A stretch of DNA of 64,000 bases from a virus (Duplodnaviria; Caudoviricetes), in the IMG/VR virus record IMGVR_UViG_3300029288_000056, positions 64,001 through 128,000 of that record, one strand, 5' to 3'. A program made the translations under genes and the position numbers. Below, one piece after another: positions 47,823-59,206 of the stretch. The first letter of the stretch is position 1. Each line of letters starts with the position of its first letter. A model generated the notes under the pieces. It saw only the letters and a program-made list of their open reading frames with translations. It was not told the DNA's origin and ran no database searches.

Positions 47823-48256
47823 TATTCGTCGTAATCATCCTCGTCATCTATTTCTTGAAGATGTAAAATATCTTTAATCTTATCGCGCAAAACTTGACCC
47901 TTCTTCTGCTCACAGGCCAGCCGTTTTTGAGCTTGCTTAAGATCAAACTCTAACGAATTGATGTACCCCGCCATGTCAATAGCTTGGCACTTTTTAACCA
48001 AGTCTTTATCCGCAGATCCGAAGGACTTTAGAACTCCGCCTATCGCTTCCTCTAATGTAGCGCCCTCGTTAGCGAAGGTAACATCACATCCCCAATCACT
48101 GTGTGATGGGAACGTCTGGCGGCTCTCTTGCATATGCATACCATGTGGTAAACAACCCTGTTTAAACTGCCTAGAAGTATGTATTGTAATCGTAAACCTA
48201 TCCATTTGCAGGCTCCTCTGTGTGTTCGCCGTTTTTGAAATAGTGTATCTTACCAT
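47822..48256 (-). CDS. Hypothetical protein with a coiled-coil C-terminus
   Basis: ORF in run. Confidence 0.6.
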   Translation of the reverse strand: MVRYTISKTANTQRSLQMDRFTITIHTSRQFKQGCLPHGMHMQESRQTFPSHSDWGCDVTFANEGATLEEAIGGVLKSFGSADKDLVKKCQAIDMAGYINSLEFDLKQAQKRLACEQKKGQVLRDKIKDILHLQEIDDEDDYDE

Positions 48257-48512
48257 CTGACTTTTCCGGAATGGACGCCTTAACGCAAGACTCCTCCGAG
48301 TAGTCTAAGTCTGCAGCCTTTGTAAACATTTCGCCCAACGCTTTTAAAGCCTCTTTGTCGGTAGTCACGTGAAACTCGTTCACTATGTTGCCGAAAGCGC
48401 TGCTCAAAATCGCGATGACAGGACCGTAACCCCGGTCTTGAATCTTGAACGTAACACCACTATTACTGATGTGTAAGTAAAGTGAGTCTAAGGTTTTAAT
48501 TATTTTTGACAT
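48198..48512 (-). CDS. Hypothetical protein
   Basis: ORF with SD. Confidence 0.6.
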   Translation of the reverse strand: MSKIIKTLDSLYLHISNSGVTFKIQDRGYGPVIAILSSAFGNIVNEFHVTTDKEALKALGEMFTKAADLDYSEESCVKASIPEKSDGKIHYFKNGEHTEEPANG

Positions 48513-48732
48513 CTCTCTCCTCTGTTAACTGCTTAATAAAATCTATAATATCATTCAAACAACCAGTACTAAAGACGGCGCCGCCAATTGGAAGGAAGCA
48601 GTACTGTCGCCATGGAGCATACCATCTGACGTTGCCTAAATCCGACCCGCTGTTACTGGTGCAGGACCAGATCGTGGTCTTACCCGTGTCTTGGATCAGT
48701 TCAAAGTTGATATACTCGTAAAGAGTCTTCAT
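48496..48732 (-). CDS. Small phage hypothetical protein
   Basis: LG.VRWY.PWRQYCF pattern; ATGA overlap. Confidence 0.65.
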   Translation of the reverse strand: MKTLYEYINFELIQDTGKTTIWSCTSNSGSDLGNVRWYAPWRQYCFLPIGGAVFSTGCLNDIIDFIKQLTEERDVKNN

Positions 48733-49055
48733 TCTTCTATGCCTTCATTCTCATCCAACTCTTCCGGCATAAATTCTTTCAAAGTGTTTTGCAATTCATA
48801 AATAGTCTTGTTTTGCTCATTGACAATCTTTTGGTAATCTATAATCTGATCGCGCAAACGAGAGATTTCTTCTCTCAATTTCCTCTCATTAATCATACCC
48901 TCAACACCGACATAAGGCAGGGTGAGGCCGTTAATACTGTCACCCAAAGCCGCAACCGCAGACTCCATCGTATCCCCTCTGGCATGAACCTGTAAACAGT
49001 ACTCAGGAACAAGGGTTTGGTCCCCATGCACCACTGTTAAGTCAAGGTATATCAT
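48729..49055 (-). CDS. Hypothetical coiled-coil protein
   Basis: Start moved to the ATGA overlap. Confidence 0.55.
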   Translation of the reverse strand: MIYLDLTVVHGDQTLVPEYCLQVHARGDTMESAVAALGDSINGLTLPYVGVEGMINERKLREEISRLRDQIIDYQKIVNEQNKTIYELQNTLKEFMPEELDENEGIEE

Positions 49056-49297
49056 TTCCACCATCCTAAAATAGCAAACAAAGCAAAGATGAATGTATAA
49101 CCGTAAAAGGAATAAACTGCAACTGTCGTCGTAAAAATGAGCCATAGTGGAGCGCCCTTGTTTTCTAATATGTCATACAGTCTACGGTTCTTTTCTGTCC
49201 TGTATTTCACCCATGTGTAAAACCAAAAGCCACATGCAAGTGCTGCGAGGATATACATAATTATAGAGTAGTACGCAAGAGGATTCATGGGGTTCAT
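49052..49297 (-). CDS. Small two-TM membrane protein
   Basis: Two hydrophobic segments. Confidence 0.65.
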   Translation of the reverse strand: MNPMNPLAYYSIIMYILAALACGFWFYTWVKYRTEKNRRLYDILENKGAPLWLIFTTTVAVYSFYGYTFIFALFAILGWWK

Positions 49298-51317
49298 TCT
49301 TCCACCATCAGTCTCTTAGTAGGATCGTCCGTCTTAGACAGATCGTTAATCAGGGGCGTTAACGACTTCAGTGCATCGAGAAACCCGCGCTGATAAGCTT
49401 TTTGTTCGTTATCTAAGGTAGGGAGTTTCAAGGTAACCGTCTCAATTAACTCTGTAATAACCTTGAGAGAGGTGAGTATAACTCCGCCCATATCTCCTGC
49501 GCCTTTCCAATAAAACTTATTCTGAGTATCCGCGAATAACTGAGATGCAGTTGGTAGTAGGTTAGCAGCAATTCTTTCTTGCCCTGAGTCCTTGGGCTCA
49601 GTTCCTTCCTTCGGCTCTTCGCCCGTTCCTGCTGGTAAATCTTTCATTGAAACAACCCCTTATTAATTGGCTTCCCGCCGGTAGGCCCTCTTTTAACATT
49701 TGTCGCGCTATTGCACAGGCTTCGTTTTGTCGTTTAATGTATATCTCGCGCTGTTTTTCGGTCAGTTTTTCAGATATAGCGCAGACTTCCGTAACCGTCT
49801 TATAAGACGGATCTAGTCTGCGCGGTAGCCACTTTTCACCCTCAAGACAGTTTTTAATGATGTCCGCCAGCAAACATATTTCACCATCGGTTAAATCCAT
49901 TACTCTACCTTCAGTTTGCCAATCTCATTTTCTAAGTGTTGAACACTAAACTCATATTCTACCCTCTCAGTTTCGATATCAGTTTGTAACTTACCGATGA
50001 GTTCTTCATAAGCAATATCGATGGCCTCGTCAAAACTGAGCGCCTTAACTTGTATTACCTCACCGTCGTCAATCTGAGACCAAAGATGCTCGCGGTACCC
50101 AGATATGTGTTTTCCTACATACACACAAACACTATCTATATCGAACCTTCCCAACACCGGTTTAGTGGAGTCCGGATTCGCCTTAACTTGGTAACCAGCC
50201 TTTAAAAGGATGTCGATCTTCTTCATTTACTTTCCTTATACTTAACAATTTTTTGATATCCTAGTCCCAAGTACGCATACTCATCCCAAATGCCTGTTGC
50301 GGGATCGAACGGGCCGTCGGGATCATTGCCGGGTCCATTGTCCAGCCAAACACCTTTTTTATCTACTTTTAAGATGTTTTTCTCTGCATAAGTTTTTATC
50401 CCAAAGGCGTCATATATCAGAGTTATAGTCTCTCCTGCCGACCAATCCGTCACAGAAGCGGTTGATTCTTTTTTCTTCTTACTCATAATTCCACAGCCTC
50501 CATTCTGAATGAAAGATCGAGTAGTAAATTGCGCCTTGCGTATGCCATCAACCCGCTAAAGGCATCATCCCATGTTTTATAGCAATCATCACTATGGCGC
50601 AAATCATTGGTATAAAACCAATAGGTTCTTTCGTAGGGGTCAAGATGTGATTCGCAAGATACGATGTAACTCCCCTTGTCGGCTAACGCCTTAATAAGCT
50701 CTACTGTCTGATCTGCTGTTATCTTCATCATTCCTCCCCTTGTTCCTGTGTCAGTTCGGATCGGCGGGCTGCTAGGTCAATAGCCATGATAGTTTTGAAC
50801 TCATACCCGCCACGAATAAGAACTCTATCGCCAGCATGAACTAATTCTTGAATATGGTCATACTGCCAACCCTTCCAAATCACTCCATCATCAGCAATAA
50901 TCGTCCAACTAGAATAATCATCGCTATAAATCACTATGCTGTTCACAGTTACCCATTGCTCGGGGACAGGTTGCCCACACCCCACTATCAGCACCGCAGC
51001 CAGCAAGAGTCGGGTCATGGCGTGACCTCGTCATCATCGGGTATATCCTGCCCAGCAGGTAAATAGGTTTGCATGACATTGATGGCGGCTGTCGTTGCCT
51101 TTGGTAATGGGCAAGTGTTAAAAGCCATCGGAATTGCAATTTCTCCTTTTTGTTCCGGGTTGACACAAACGGCACTAGCCATTTCTGGCTTGCAGCAATG
51201 CGGACACTTGCCATTGCACTCATAGAAAATCATTACTACTAGCCTTGCGTTGGCATAGTGATAATGCCGTGCTTTCTTTACTGCTTCGTTTAATGCGTCC
51301 ACCTTACTCCTCCTCAA
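49294..51317 (-). other. Run of seven small hypothetical genes (49294-49647, 49598-49900, 49900-50226, 50223-50486, 50483-50731, 50728-51018 putative lipoprotein, 51015-51317)
   Basis: Abutting or overlapping ORFs; 50728..51018 has a LLLAAVLIVGC lipobox-like start. Confidence 0.6.
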
Positions 51318-51639
51318 GTGTGAATTCGTTCAGTTTGCCCGATCCGAGACAGCGCGGGCAGGGAACAATCTTATCGTATTTAAGTTGCCCTCTATCTGTC
51401 CATCGTCCTGTTTTGATTTCACCTTTGCCATGACAGTCCAGGCAATCCACCTTGCGAATAGCCGTCAGGGGGATGGCGAGATATTCGGTGGCGGGAAGGC
51501 AGGCGGCTAATGTCCCGTTACTACCTATAAGGCAATCAGGCGGGCTGCCTTTTCTTTTACTGCGGTCGCCACATTCCTCTGCGGGTTTTTCCATCCAGTG
51601 ATTGAATCTGAAACATCTCCACAACCTAACTGCCATCAC
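51304..51639 (-). CDS. MAVRLW family CxxCxGxG zinc-finger protein, copy 2
   Basis: CLDCHGKG...CPRCLGSG; paralogue of 52289..52522. Confidence 0.65.
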   Translation of the reverse strand: MMAVRLWRCFRFNHWMEKPAEECGDRSKRKGSPPDCLIGSNGTLAACLPATEYLAIPLTAIRKVDCLDCHGKGEIKTGRWTDRGQLKYDKIVPCPRCLGSGKLNEFTLEEE

Positions 51640-52019
51640 TCACCATCCTTGCCCGTCAAGAGGGCGGCGAGCTTGTCCAGGATAAAGCCGAGTTGGTGAT
51701 AATGGGCAGCTTGCATACCACTAGCGTCACAATTAAATGGTGTCCCCTTGCGAATATCAACCACAGCATCTATGGCTTTCGTTATCCCCTGCTCCAACTC
51801 CTTGACCCTTTGCTCCAGCTTCTCCTTGTCCACCCGGGCGGCTTGGGCGGCGCGGAGGGCGTTGTCAACCCTATTCCTAACAACCATGATGGCGGCTATT
51901 GGAATCAATCCAGTTGTATGCTCTAGCCATTCATCAATCTTTGCCAATGACTGCTGCAAATAAGCCCGTTCCAACTCACTCTCCCCTTGTGCTACCCGCG
52001 ATTCGTAGGTGTCAGGCAT
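51636..52019 (-). CDS. Coiled-coil hypothetical protein, copy 2
   Basis: Shares ALRAAQAAxVDKEKLEQRVKELE with 52512..53219. Confidence 0.65.
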   Translation of the reverse strand: MPDTYESRVAQGESELERAYLQQSLAKIDEWLEHTTGLIPIAAIMVVRNRVDNALRAAQAARVDKEKLEQRVKELEQGITKAIDAVVDIRKGTPFNCDASGMQAAHYHQLGFILDKLAALLTGKDGE

Positions 52020-52860
52020 GGCTACCTCACCATCCCTTTGAACCCACCCGAATTATCAAATGCAATAACACAGGTTCTGAATATGTCCATTGCCGAATAA
52101 AGTAACTCCATAGCGTTCTTGAAGGTATCTGCCCCCTGCAATATGCTATCGCAAGCCTTATTCAGCACATCTTGTTGATATGGTGTTTGTTCCATAATCT
52201 CTCCCTTTCCCAAAGGCGGGGGTTAGCCCCGCTTGATTTTACCAACCATCAAACTCTGGTTTATTGTCAAATTCAGATTGCGTCATCTCTACTTGGTTGA
52301 CAATATAGCCTTTGCCCAAATATCCATTCGTGTCATCGGCTTCTCTATTGCAATCTCACCCTTCCCCCCGCACTCCGGGCACTCCACCTTGCGAATAGCG
52401 GAGAGGGGGATGAATATGCCCTCGGTGAGCGTATGCTTCATAATACCTCTTGGGTTAGGCTTGTTACGGCGAAACATAATATCGCCATCCGCGTATGTCA
52501 TCTTCCACAACCTAACTGCCATTGGATTCTCCTTTGGGGGTGATGAGATGGTCAAGGTGGATAGCAAGGGCAATGGCACTTGATACATTTTCTTCCATTT
52601 CCCTTAATCCCTGCGCGAAAACAATCCGCATTGCTTCTTCCTGATGTTGCTTTTCAAGATAATCTCGCACTCCCTCAATATACTTTATTGCCTCGTTATA
52701 CCGCTTTTCCCATAGGTCAACCTCGCCTTGCTTGGCTTGGAATTGACGGTGCATACTTAACGGCTCAAACTCCAATTCATGCACTCGTGCCTCCAACTCC
52801 TTGACCCTTTGCTCCAGCTTCTCCTTGTCCACCTGGGCGGCTTGGGCGGCGCGGAGGGCG
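51792..52860. repeat. 70-bp direct repeat pair (51792-51861 and 52791-52860)
   Basis: One mismatch by eye. Confidence 0.85.
52289..52522 (-). CDS. MAVRLW family zinc-finger protein, copy 1
   Basis: SD AGGAG; IPLSAIRKVECPECGGKG. Confidence 0.6.
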   Translation of the reverse strand: MAVRLWKMTYADGDIMFRRNKPNPRGIMKHTLTEGIFIPLSAIRKVECPECGGKGEIAIEKPMTRMDIWAKAILSTK

Positions 52861-53219
52861 GCGAAGGCAAGTTTAACCTCGGCGGATAAACCAGCTACTA
52901 GCCCGCAAACATTCTCACAATTCTTTGCTACCCAATGCGGACAAGCCTCACAATCCGCCTTATTGTAGATGGCTATTTTCTCCAGCGCCTCCCTTATCCT
53001 CTCCTGCGGGTTATCCATGAATGACTGCCAGGTGAGGAGAGTGGGGAGGAGTTTATCAATGCAATCCGATTCTATTGTCTTTATAGCGTCAGACTGCTCT
53101 TGACGAAGCCTTGAATCTGGGCTTTTGCCGTAACATTCAGCCGCTATTTTCGCGCACTCTTGTCGGCGTGCTATGACTACTATCAGCTCCGCCAAATCTG
53201 CTGCTGTGCTAGGTAACAT
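52512..53219 (-). CDS. Coiled-coil, Cys-containing hypothetical protein, copy 1
   Basis: ORF in run. Confidence 0.65.
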   Translation of the reverse strand: MLPSTAADLAELIVVIARRQECAKIAAECYGKSPDSRLRQEQSDAIKTIESDCIDKLLPTLLTWQSFMDNPQERIREALEKIAIYNKADCEACPHWVAKNCENVCGLVAGLSAEVKLAFAALRAAQAAQVDKEKLEQRVKELEARVHELEFEPLSMHRQFQAKQGEVDLWEKRYNEAIKYIEGVRDYLEKQHQEEAMRIVFAQGLREMEENVSSAIALAIHLDHLITPKGESNGS

Positions 53220-54684
53220 TAGTCCACCTCAATTCCGAGTGCGGTTAGGGAAGCGAGGAGCCAATTCGCAAGGTCTTTAGTTTCTATCCTTGCCGATTCT
53301 GGGCAGCATGGACTACATGCAGTTATAAGGGGTGATGACATGTGGCATTCCACCTTATCAGGGCAATCGTGACAAGAACCAATCCCCTTATGCTTCTTCT
53401 TCCATTCCTTCAACTTCTCTACAACCTGTTCCCGTAGTGTTGTCATGGCTAACCTATCCTTTGGGGTTTGGGTTGCCAGTGCTTCGGCACTTTACCAGTT
53501 AAATCATAATCACCTGGTTGTATTCCAAAGTGATACATGTGCCATGCGTAAATTGGGGAAGGATTGCTTTTCCCATCTCCAGCAGCGCAACTACCGTAAG
53601 TATCCCCACTATTATCAATCTGCTCTTGGGTCGGAATAACAACACAAGCAGCATAGGGATTGAGTCGTTTAAACTCTTTCAGCACCGCCATCGTCAATTC
53701 GTTTATCTCTTCCATCTCATTCATCCTTTGATAGTGGCTTCGGTTGAGGACGCACAGGATTATGCTTGTCACAACATCCCTCATATCCATCACGATATTT
53801 GCCACAATAGTTTTCACCATAATCACCTTCAAGGCGGCAATTACAATTATTGTTATAGCAAGGTCTAACCCTCATCACTCCATCCTTTTATTGGGTTCTA
53901 ACGATTTCCGTCTTGATACCCGGCCGCGTAAGACTTAAAGATCAGTTGATACGTTTGCTCGTCTGGTTTGGAGTTACTAATACAACGCTCTGGGTTGAAG
54001 TCTTGATGCGCTTTGCCGTCTTTGTAACCACAGTCATAGTACCAGTCGTGCGCAGTTGCACAACTTAACATCAGAACTGCGATAATAATAAGAAATATTT
54101 TCATGTTATCCTTCTTCTAGGTATTCTCCGCCTATTATATTCAATAGTGTCTCTAGTGCACATGCACCCTCGGAGTGATTATCATTCTTTAGGTAGTTTA
54201 TAATCATCTTAATCTTATTTACCGTAAGGTCCTCTGGCAAAGACGGTCGCCGCTTAGCTGCGGCTTCTGCGCTCTCTCGGATTGCGTAGTACGTATCACC
54301 GGAAGTGGGGCAGTTGTCGCATTTCCAAGCCCACTTAGTCTTGCTACCGGTGCCCACCGAGTAGATCCTTATTGCCGGTTCACCACAATGAACGCATACT
54401 ATCGGTATCTCGTCATTATAAGCATAACACTTTAATCCCCATCCACCAATTGTGGCTGTACATTCGTGACCGTTAACGTTTGTTTGACTACAATCCCCAA
54501 TATGTGGGCACTCATCGTTAATACATCTTCTTGCCATAGTACGCTCCTTTTCTTTTATCCATTTTATATACTGCGGGCAGTTTTCTGGAACACCGATACA
54601 ATCTGCGTATTTAGGATCTAATCCAACATCTGTAAATAGTTTATTATGCCAACAATCCGGTCTGTCTCTAAATGGGCATAACAT
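53219..54684 (-). other. Small hypothetical genes (53219-53446, 53449-53832, 53898-54104 putative lipoprotein, 54106-54684 Cys-rich)
   Basis: Abutting ORFs; LMLSC lipobox-like; multiple CxxC. Confidence 0.55.
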
Positions 54685-55221
54685 CTATATCTCCTTCATA
54701 ATAGAGCTGTAACCTTTACAGCCATCCTTTTCTTGAACACAATGTCCCGGTGCTGCATACATTCCACTCCAACCTTCACATTCCTCAGTAGCGCAAGGTG
54801 CACCGGGTCTGTATTTTTCTTTTTGGTATAAGACCCACATCAAGTCGTTATAGTTCCCATCGTCAAACAGTCTTTGCTCAATAGACTCACTTTCGAGACT
54901 GTCGCAGAAGGCGTAGTTACATATTGCCATTATCCCTTTGAGCTTAAAGATCAGCGCAATTTGAAATGGTGTCAGGTCGGCAAAGGCGCCCATAATATCA
55001 AAGTTAGCAAGGGCGTTTTCGTTCCCGGCATAGTCCTTACCCTTAGTCTGCATAAGCTCTTGTCGCTCTTTGGTGAAGGCTTCGGCCATACTTAGGTACA
55101 GTTCGAACCGCTCCTTAGTAAGGCCGATCATTTCCGCCAAACTGTCGATCATAGACTGCAAATGTTGGTGCCGCTTTTCGGTAAAGTCGGCACACTTCTC
55201 GTTAAGTTGTTTGCGATTCAT
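54685..55221 (-). CDS. DUF1599/Nmad1-like nucleotide-modification-associated helical protein
   Basis: KGKDYAG..NALANF...K...ESIEQRLFD..NY. Confidence 0.6.
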   Translation of the reverse strand: MNRKQLNEKCADFTEKRHQHLQSMIDSLAEMIGLTKERFELYLSMAEAFTKERQELMQTKGKDYAGNENALANFDIMGAFADLTPFQIALIFKLKGIMAICNYAFCDSLESESIEQRLFDDGNYNDLMWVLYQKEKYRPGAPCATEECEGWSGMYAAPGHCVQEKDGCKGYSSIMKEI

Positions 55222-55322
55222 TGATCTTTAATATCTCCTTGAGTCTGTTTATTTTCTCAACATATGGTTTTATAAAATATTCTTCCGATTTTATTCTTTC
55301 TTTAATTTGCGTCAAAATTTTT

Positions 55323-56649
55323 TCATTCCGGCCTATGTTCGTTTAGTCTACAATCCCAATGAATCTCTGTAAGCGGGTTTGGGAGATCCGCGCCCATATC
55401 ACTGCAATAATGATGTCCCGGTATACAAATCAAGTCTTCTTCTGTGCCAAGTTCTAGTTCTTTCCAACGGATGTACTTGCACTGAATACAAAAGACTACA
55501 GGGTGTCCGTCAAACTTCATTTTTTGGCCTAAGAATGAGTTTAATTGGTATTTTCCCTTCGCCCTCTTTTTTACGTAACTGCTTAGATCGTTCTTCTTCC
55601 CAATACTTTACTCGCTCAGCAGCCCACTTAAACTTCTCTTCGGTTTCAGGGCGGACTCTCTTGACTGAATAGCGGTTTGTGATCCAACCGGTAAAATCGT
55701 TCCACAGCTCACTTATGAAGTTCATATTTCTCCCTCAAGTTTTTATTAAACGAAGGTCGGTAGTCTACACCTACCGGAACTTTGTCGCTCATACACCAAA
55801 AACCGCACTCACAATCCATTTCCGCGTAGACCTCAAAGACGGTGTCTTTGTACACTACGACGTCGTTGTCTCTACCGCAGGCTGGGCAGATCATTTAAAC
55901 ACCAATACACAGAGGCCTGCGACGATAAGTCCTGCAATAAACCCATAAAACAAAATCCACCTTACAAAACTCCAGAATGATTTCCCCACGATGTTAACTA
56001 GAGTAAAAGATGGTGGACATGGAAGCTGATTCATTGTGAGTCCTCCGGCAGTAGACTAACCATATGTTTCTTGGCCTCTTGGATAGCCGCTTTTATTTTG
56101 ATCTGTTCCATTTCCTTCTCCGAGATCTTTGGTGATTTCTTCGGTGGCTTATATATCTCAGATTGACTGTAGTCGAAGTCCGACTCATAAGTATGTATTA
56201 TCTCTACTTCACACTTCTTGCATTTCATTATCACAGAGATGTAGGCGGAAAGACTGTATTCGTCAATTTCATGGTCTCTATTTTTCTCACTCAGTTCGCC
56301 GCCGCAGATGGGGCAGTTTTTTGCCCTATCCGACATTTTTATGTAGTCGCCTTCGTTATAGTCGCCTTCACGATATTCCATTTTGGAACCTTACCATTGG
56401 AGGAACCCAACCCGGAGGAGGTGGAAATCTAGTCTCTTTACCATCCTCAACAACGATGGTGGAACCGTCGCCACAACCGATGTACGAGATAGAGTGCCTT
56501 ACATCACTGAATGGATCTTTCTCGGGCAGAGGCTTTTCGTCCGGTTCTACCCAGCAATAACAGAGATTTGGCTGCGTCTCGGCTGTACATTTTTCATCAA
56601 CTAGAAGCTCACAGCCTTTACATGCGTCACATACCTTGGGTCGTTTCAT
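55323..56649 (-). other. Small Cys-rich hypothetical genes (55323-55520, 55510-55725, 55709-55894, 56031-56381, 56368-56649)
   Basis: Overlapping ORFs with CxxC pairs. Confidence 0.55.
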
Positions 56650-56662
56650 TTTATCCTCCTAT

Positions 56663-56735
56663 TTCGGCGATCAAGGAGTTGAACCGAGATTTCACGCTCA
56701 TCGGGCGTGAGTTCTACCATTGAACTAATCGCCGA
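56663..56735 (-). tRNA. tRNA-Ile(GAT)-like, degenerate
   Basis: TCGGCGA/TCGCCGA acceptor; loop CC-GAT-GA; two mismatches in the T-stem. Confidence 0.6.
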
Positions 56736-56880
56736 TACTTACCTACCCTCTATTATACAGTTGATGTTATAGGCTATTCCCCTTACCATAAAGTACAATA
56801 AGGCTATCCCGATCGCATCAGCCACGAGATAAAAGAATAAATTCAGTATCACGTTTCCAAAGTCTATCATAATTCACCTC

Positions 56881-56910
56881 ACTCTATCACACTTTTTTGA
56901 AAAGTCAAGC
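56881..56910 (-). promoter_or_regulatory. sigma70-like promoter (GCTTGACTTTT class)
   Basis: TTGACT-N16-TAGAGT with TG. Confidence 0.6.
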
Positions 56911-56916
56911 TCTTTT

Positions 56917-56989
56917 TATGGCTAGAAGGACTTGAACCCTCACGCCCGGGTTCGTAGCCCGGTGCTCTTTCCAATTGAGCTATAGCCAC
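56917..56989 (-). tRNA. tRNA-Arg(ACG)
   Basis: Cloverleaf; CCGGG-CTACGAA-CCCGG; TTCAAGT loop. Confidence 0.9.
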
Positions 56990-57000
56990 ATAAGACGGGG

Positions 57001-58363
57001 TTAGATCCCGTCAGTAATCTTAAACCATTCCACGAGATACAACTTACGACCAGTGGTGGCTCCCGCTTGATAAGACACTATACGACTAGTTTCCTCAAGC
57101 TCTATCATATCGACGATGTATCCGTTTTTCTTCAGTGCGCGCTTAAATTTCTTTGCGACATCTTCAGAATAAAAATCGGTGCGACTATACTCTAACATAT
57201 TACCTCCTTAAAGTTCTCGTTCTATTTCTATAACTGTTTTAGTACTGCTTTCCGTTCTTCATCCTTAAAAGCCAGCCAATATACCATGAACTCAGTTGAA
57301 AATTCTTTAACATCTATCTGGTCCTCTGGAATTTTTTTTGAGATCAACCATTCTACAAATCTCTCCGCTAGTTTTTGGCTAGCGAAACGCGCACCCTCTT
57401 GCGACGGAAGTTCTACTTTATCTATATAAGTCTGTTTCTTCGGTGGTTCCTTTACTTTCCTACTACCAAACATATTATCCCTCCTCTATTCTAATTATAC
57501 CTTCTCTTACTAGGTTATCGCAGACCCTAATACACATATCAATGTTGATGTGCAGTTTATCCATAAGCTCATCGTAATAGACTGTGTCGCGGTGGGCCAT
57601 GTAATTCGTTATAAGCTTTTTTGCTTCTACATAGGTTATACTCTCGTCTATGTAGGTGATACCGGGTGCCCTTATGATTATCACCACAAGGAAGCCTGCA
57701 ACCCAACCCAGCAACATGTCGACAATGTAGACCCACTCTCCGTGTTGAGTGAGAGTCCACAATAATCCTAGTGCAGCCAGAATACCAATGGCCGCGATTA
57801 GCGCCAGTTTAAGTATCGTGTTCATGCTCCTCCTAACAAATTAAGGTCTTTTTTGTCCCTTAACTATTGTAAATTGCTGGTATTTTACAGTTTTCCAGCG
57901 CCCAATGCACCCAGAAATCCAACCAAATCAGCCGCGCGAGAACTCCGTCTAGGTCTTCATGAGGAAGACCATCACCCTTAATCGGTTTAGCACATTCGTC
58001 ACAATCACACCAGCCCGGTTTTGCGTCAGGATGATTCACTTTGTAGAAGTTCAGCGCTCTCCGTATCTTATTGGCGTGTTTCTTTGTTAAGAGGAAGCAC
58101 CCCGGATGCTGTGACATTATTCCCGTGTCCTTCTTGAAAAACAGATCGTGGAGAGTCATTGCCCTGACGGCTTCGTCCCACTGTAGATAGCCGGGATACC
58201 GACTATTACTATTTCCCGTCATCGAGTCACCGCGAAAAACGGGCGCCCCCTCTAACTCTAAGCTATGAACCGCGACCTTAAGTTCAGTGCCGTATTCATC
58301 AGCCTCTTCCTCTGCGTAGTGTTTATCTACAACAGCTTCTCCGATATGTATATTGAAGCTCAT
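57001..58363 (-). other. Four hypothetical genes (57001-57198, 57228-57473, 57475-57825 membrane protein, 57860-58363)
   Basis: ORFs with strong SD sites. Confidence 0.6.
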
Positions 58364-58391
58364 TTATCCTCCTATGGCATCAAAACAGATT

Positions 58392-58940
58392 TTATGGGCA
58401 AAGAACCAATTCGTATAATACTCTAGCTGCGTTATAGGCGTCGTCCCCGCCTCTGTGGGCCTGACCTTCGAAGTCAAGGTCGTAATAGGCCAGCGCGTCG
58501 GCCTCGGAATAAGACTCTTCCTTACCGTTGAAAAGCGAGAACAAGTACTTGATATTCAAGTGAGTCCGCCCAAACGGATACTGAACGTTTTCCCGCCTGC
58601 ACTGACGTTCGAACTGCACTCGGTCGTAATCACCGTAGCTCGCCCACGTGTAGTCCCTGTAGTTCGCCTTAATCCAATCACACAGACCGCGGAAGGTTAG
58701 GTTGCTACCATAGACTTCCTCATCCGTCAGATTGGTCAGCGACTTGCAGAAATCAGACAGTGGATAAGTGAGAGCCGGCTTTACGATTCGGCTTCCCTTT
58801 TCCTTTTCACCCGTTCTGATATCTAACAGGCAGTAGCCAAACTCGATTATCTCGCTTTGGTCGATGTTCTTTGACGGCTCCCAGCAAGTACTCTCGATAT
58901 CGACTACTAGGATCTTATTGAAGTTTTTGATTTTTCTCAT
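58392..58940 (-). CDS. DEDDh 3'-5' exonuclease (ERI-1/KapD-like)
   Basis: VVDIESTCW; EIIEFG; WASYGDYD; AHRGGDDA. Confidence 0.9.
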   Translation of the reverse strand: MRKIKNFNKILVVDIESTCWEPSKNIDQSEIIEFGYCLLDIRTGEKEKGSRIVKPALTYPLSDFCKSLTNLTDEEVYGSNLTFRGLCDWIKANYRDYTWASYGDYDRVQFERQCRRENVQYPFGRTHLNIKYLFSLFNGKEESYSEADALAYYDLDFEGQAHRGGDDAYNAARVLYELVLCP

Positions 58941-59206
58941 GATCTCATGTCTATTGTTATGGTTTCCCTGCGAGGGCCGAAAGGTCCCTTTGGACCTCTC
59001 TTTTTTCGTGTGTAGTCATAGTTTACAAAATACATCTCAAAGTCTTTGAGTGTAATGTAGGAATAACAGGGACTAGTGTAGAATCTCTTAAGCCCATAAT
59101 TTCTTATCTTCTCGTGTACACACTGCCGAGAAAGACCCACTAAGCGCGGTATATCGGCAACCCTGACGCCCCTGATCTCCATAAAGTCTATCGTTAACTT
59201 ATTCAT
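58937..59206 (-). CDS. HTH DNA-binding protein
   Basis: VADIPRLVGLSRQCVHEKIR; start after GGAGG. Confidence 0.6.
   Translation of the reverse strand: MNKLTIDFMEIRGVRVADIPRLVGLSRQCVHEKIRNYGLKRFYTSPCYSYITLKDFEMYFVNYDYTRKKRGPKGPFGPRRETITIDMRS

Noticed and set aside
47822-49055. HicB-like G-x-T-x-E-x-A motifs in two small ORFs as a toxin-antitoxin system
   Set aside because: The motif is too short and no HicA-like partner is recognisable.
51792-52860. Repeat pair as DGR template/variable regions
   Set aside because: There is only one mismatch, the repeats are mid-gene, and no reverse transcriptase is in the window.
58937-59206. MNKLTIDF start as a tag copy outside the array
   Set aside because: The spacing differs (no L-x-x-F-L), there is no following Ala, and the protein is an HTH; likely coincidence.
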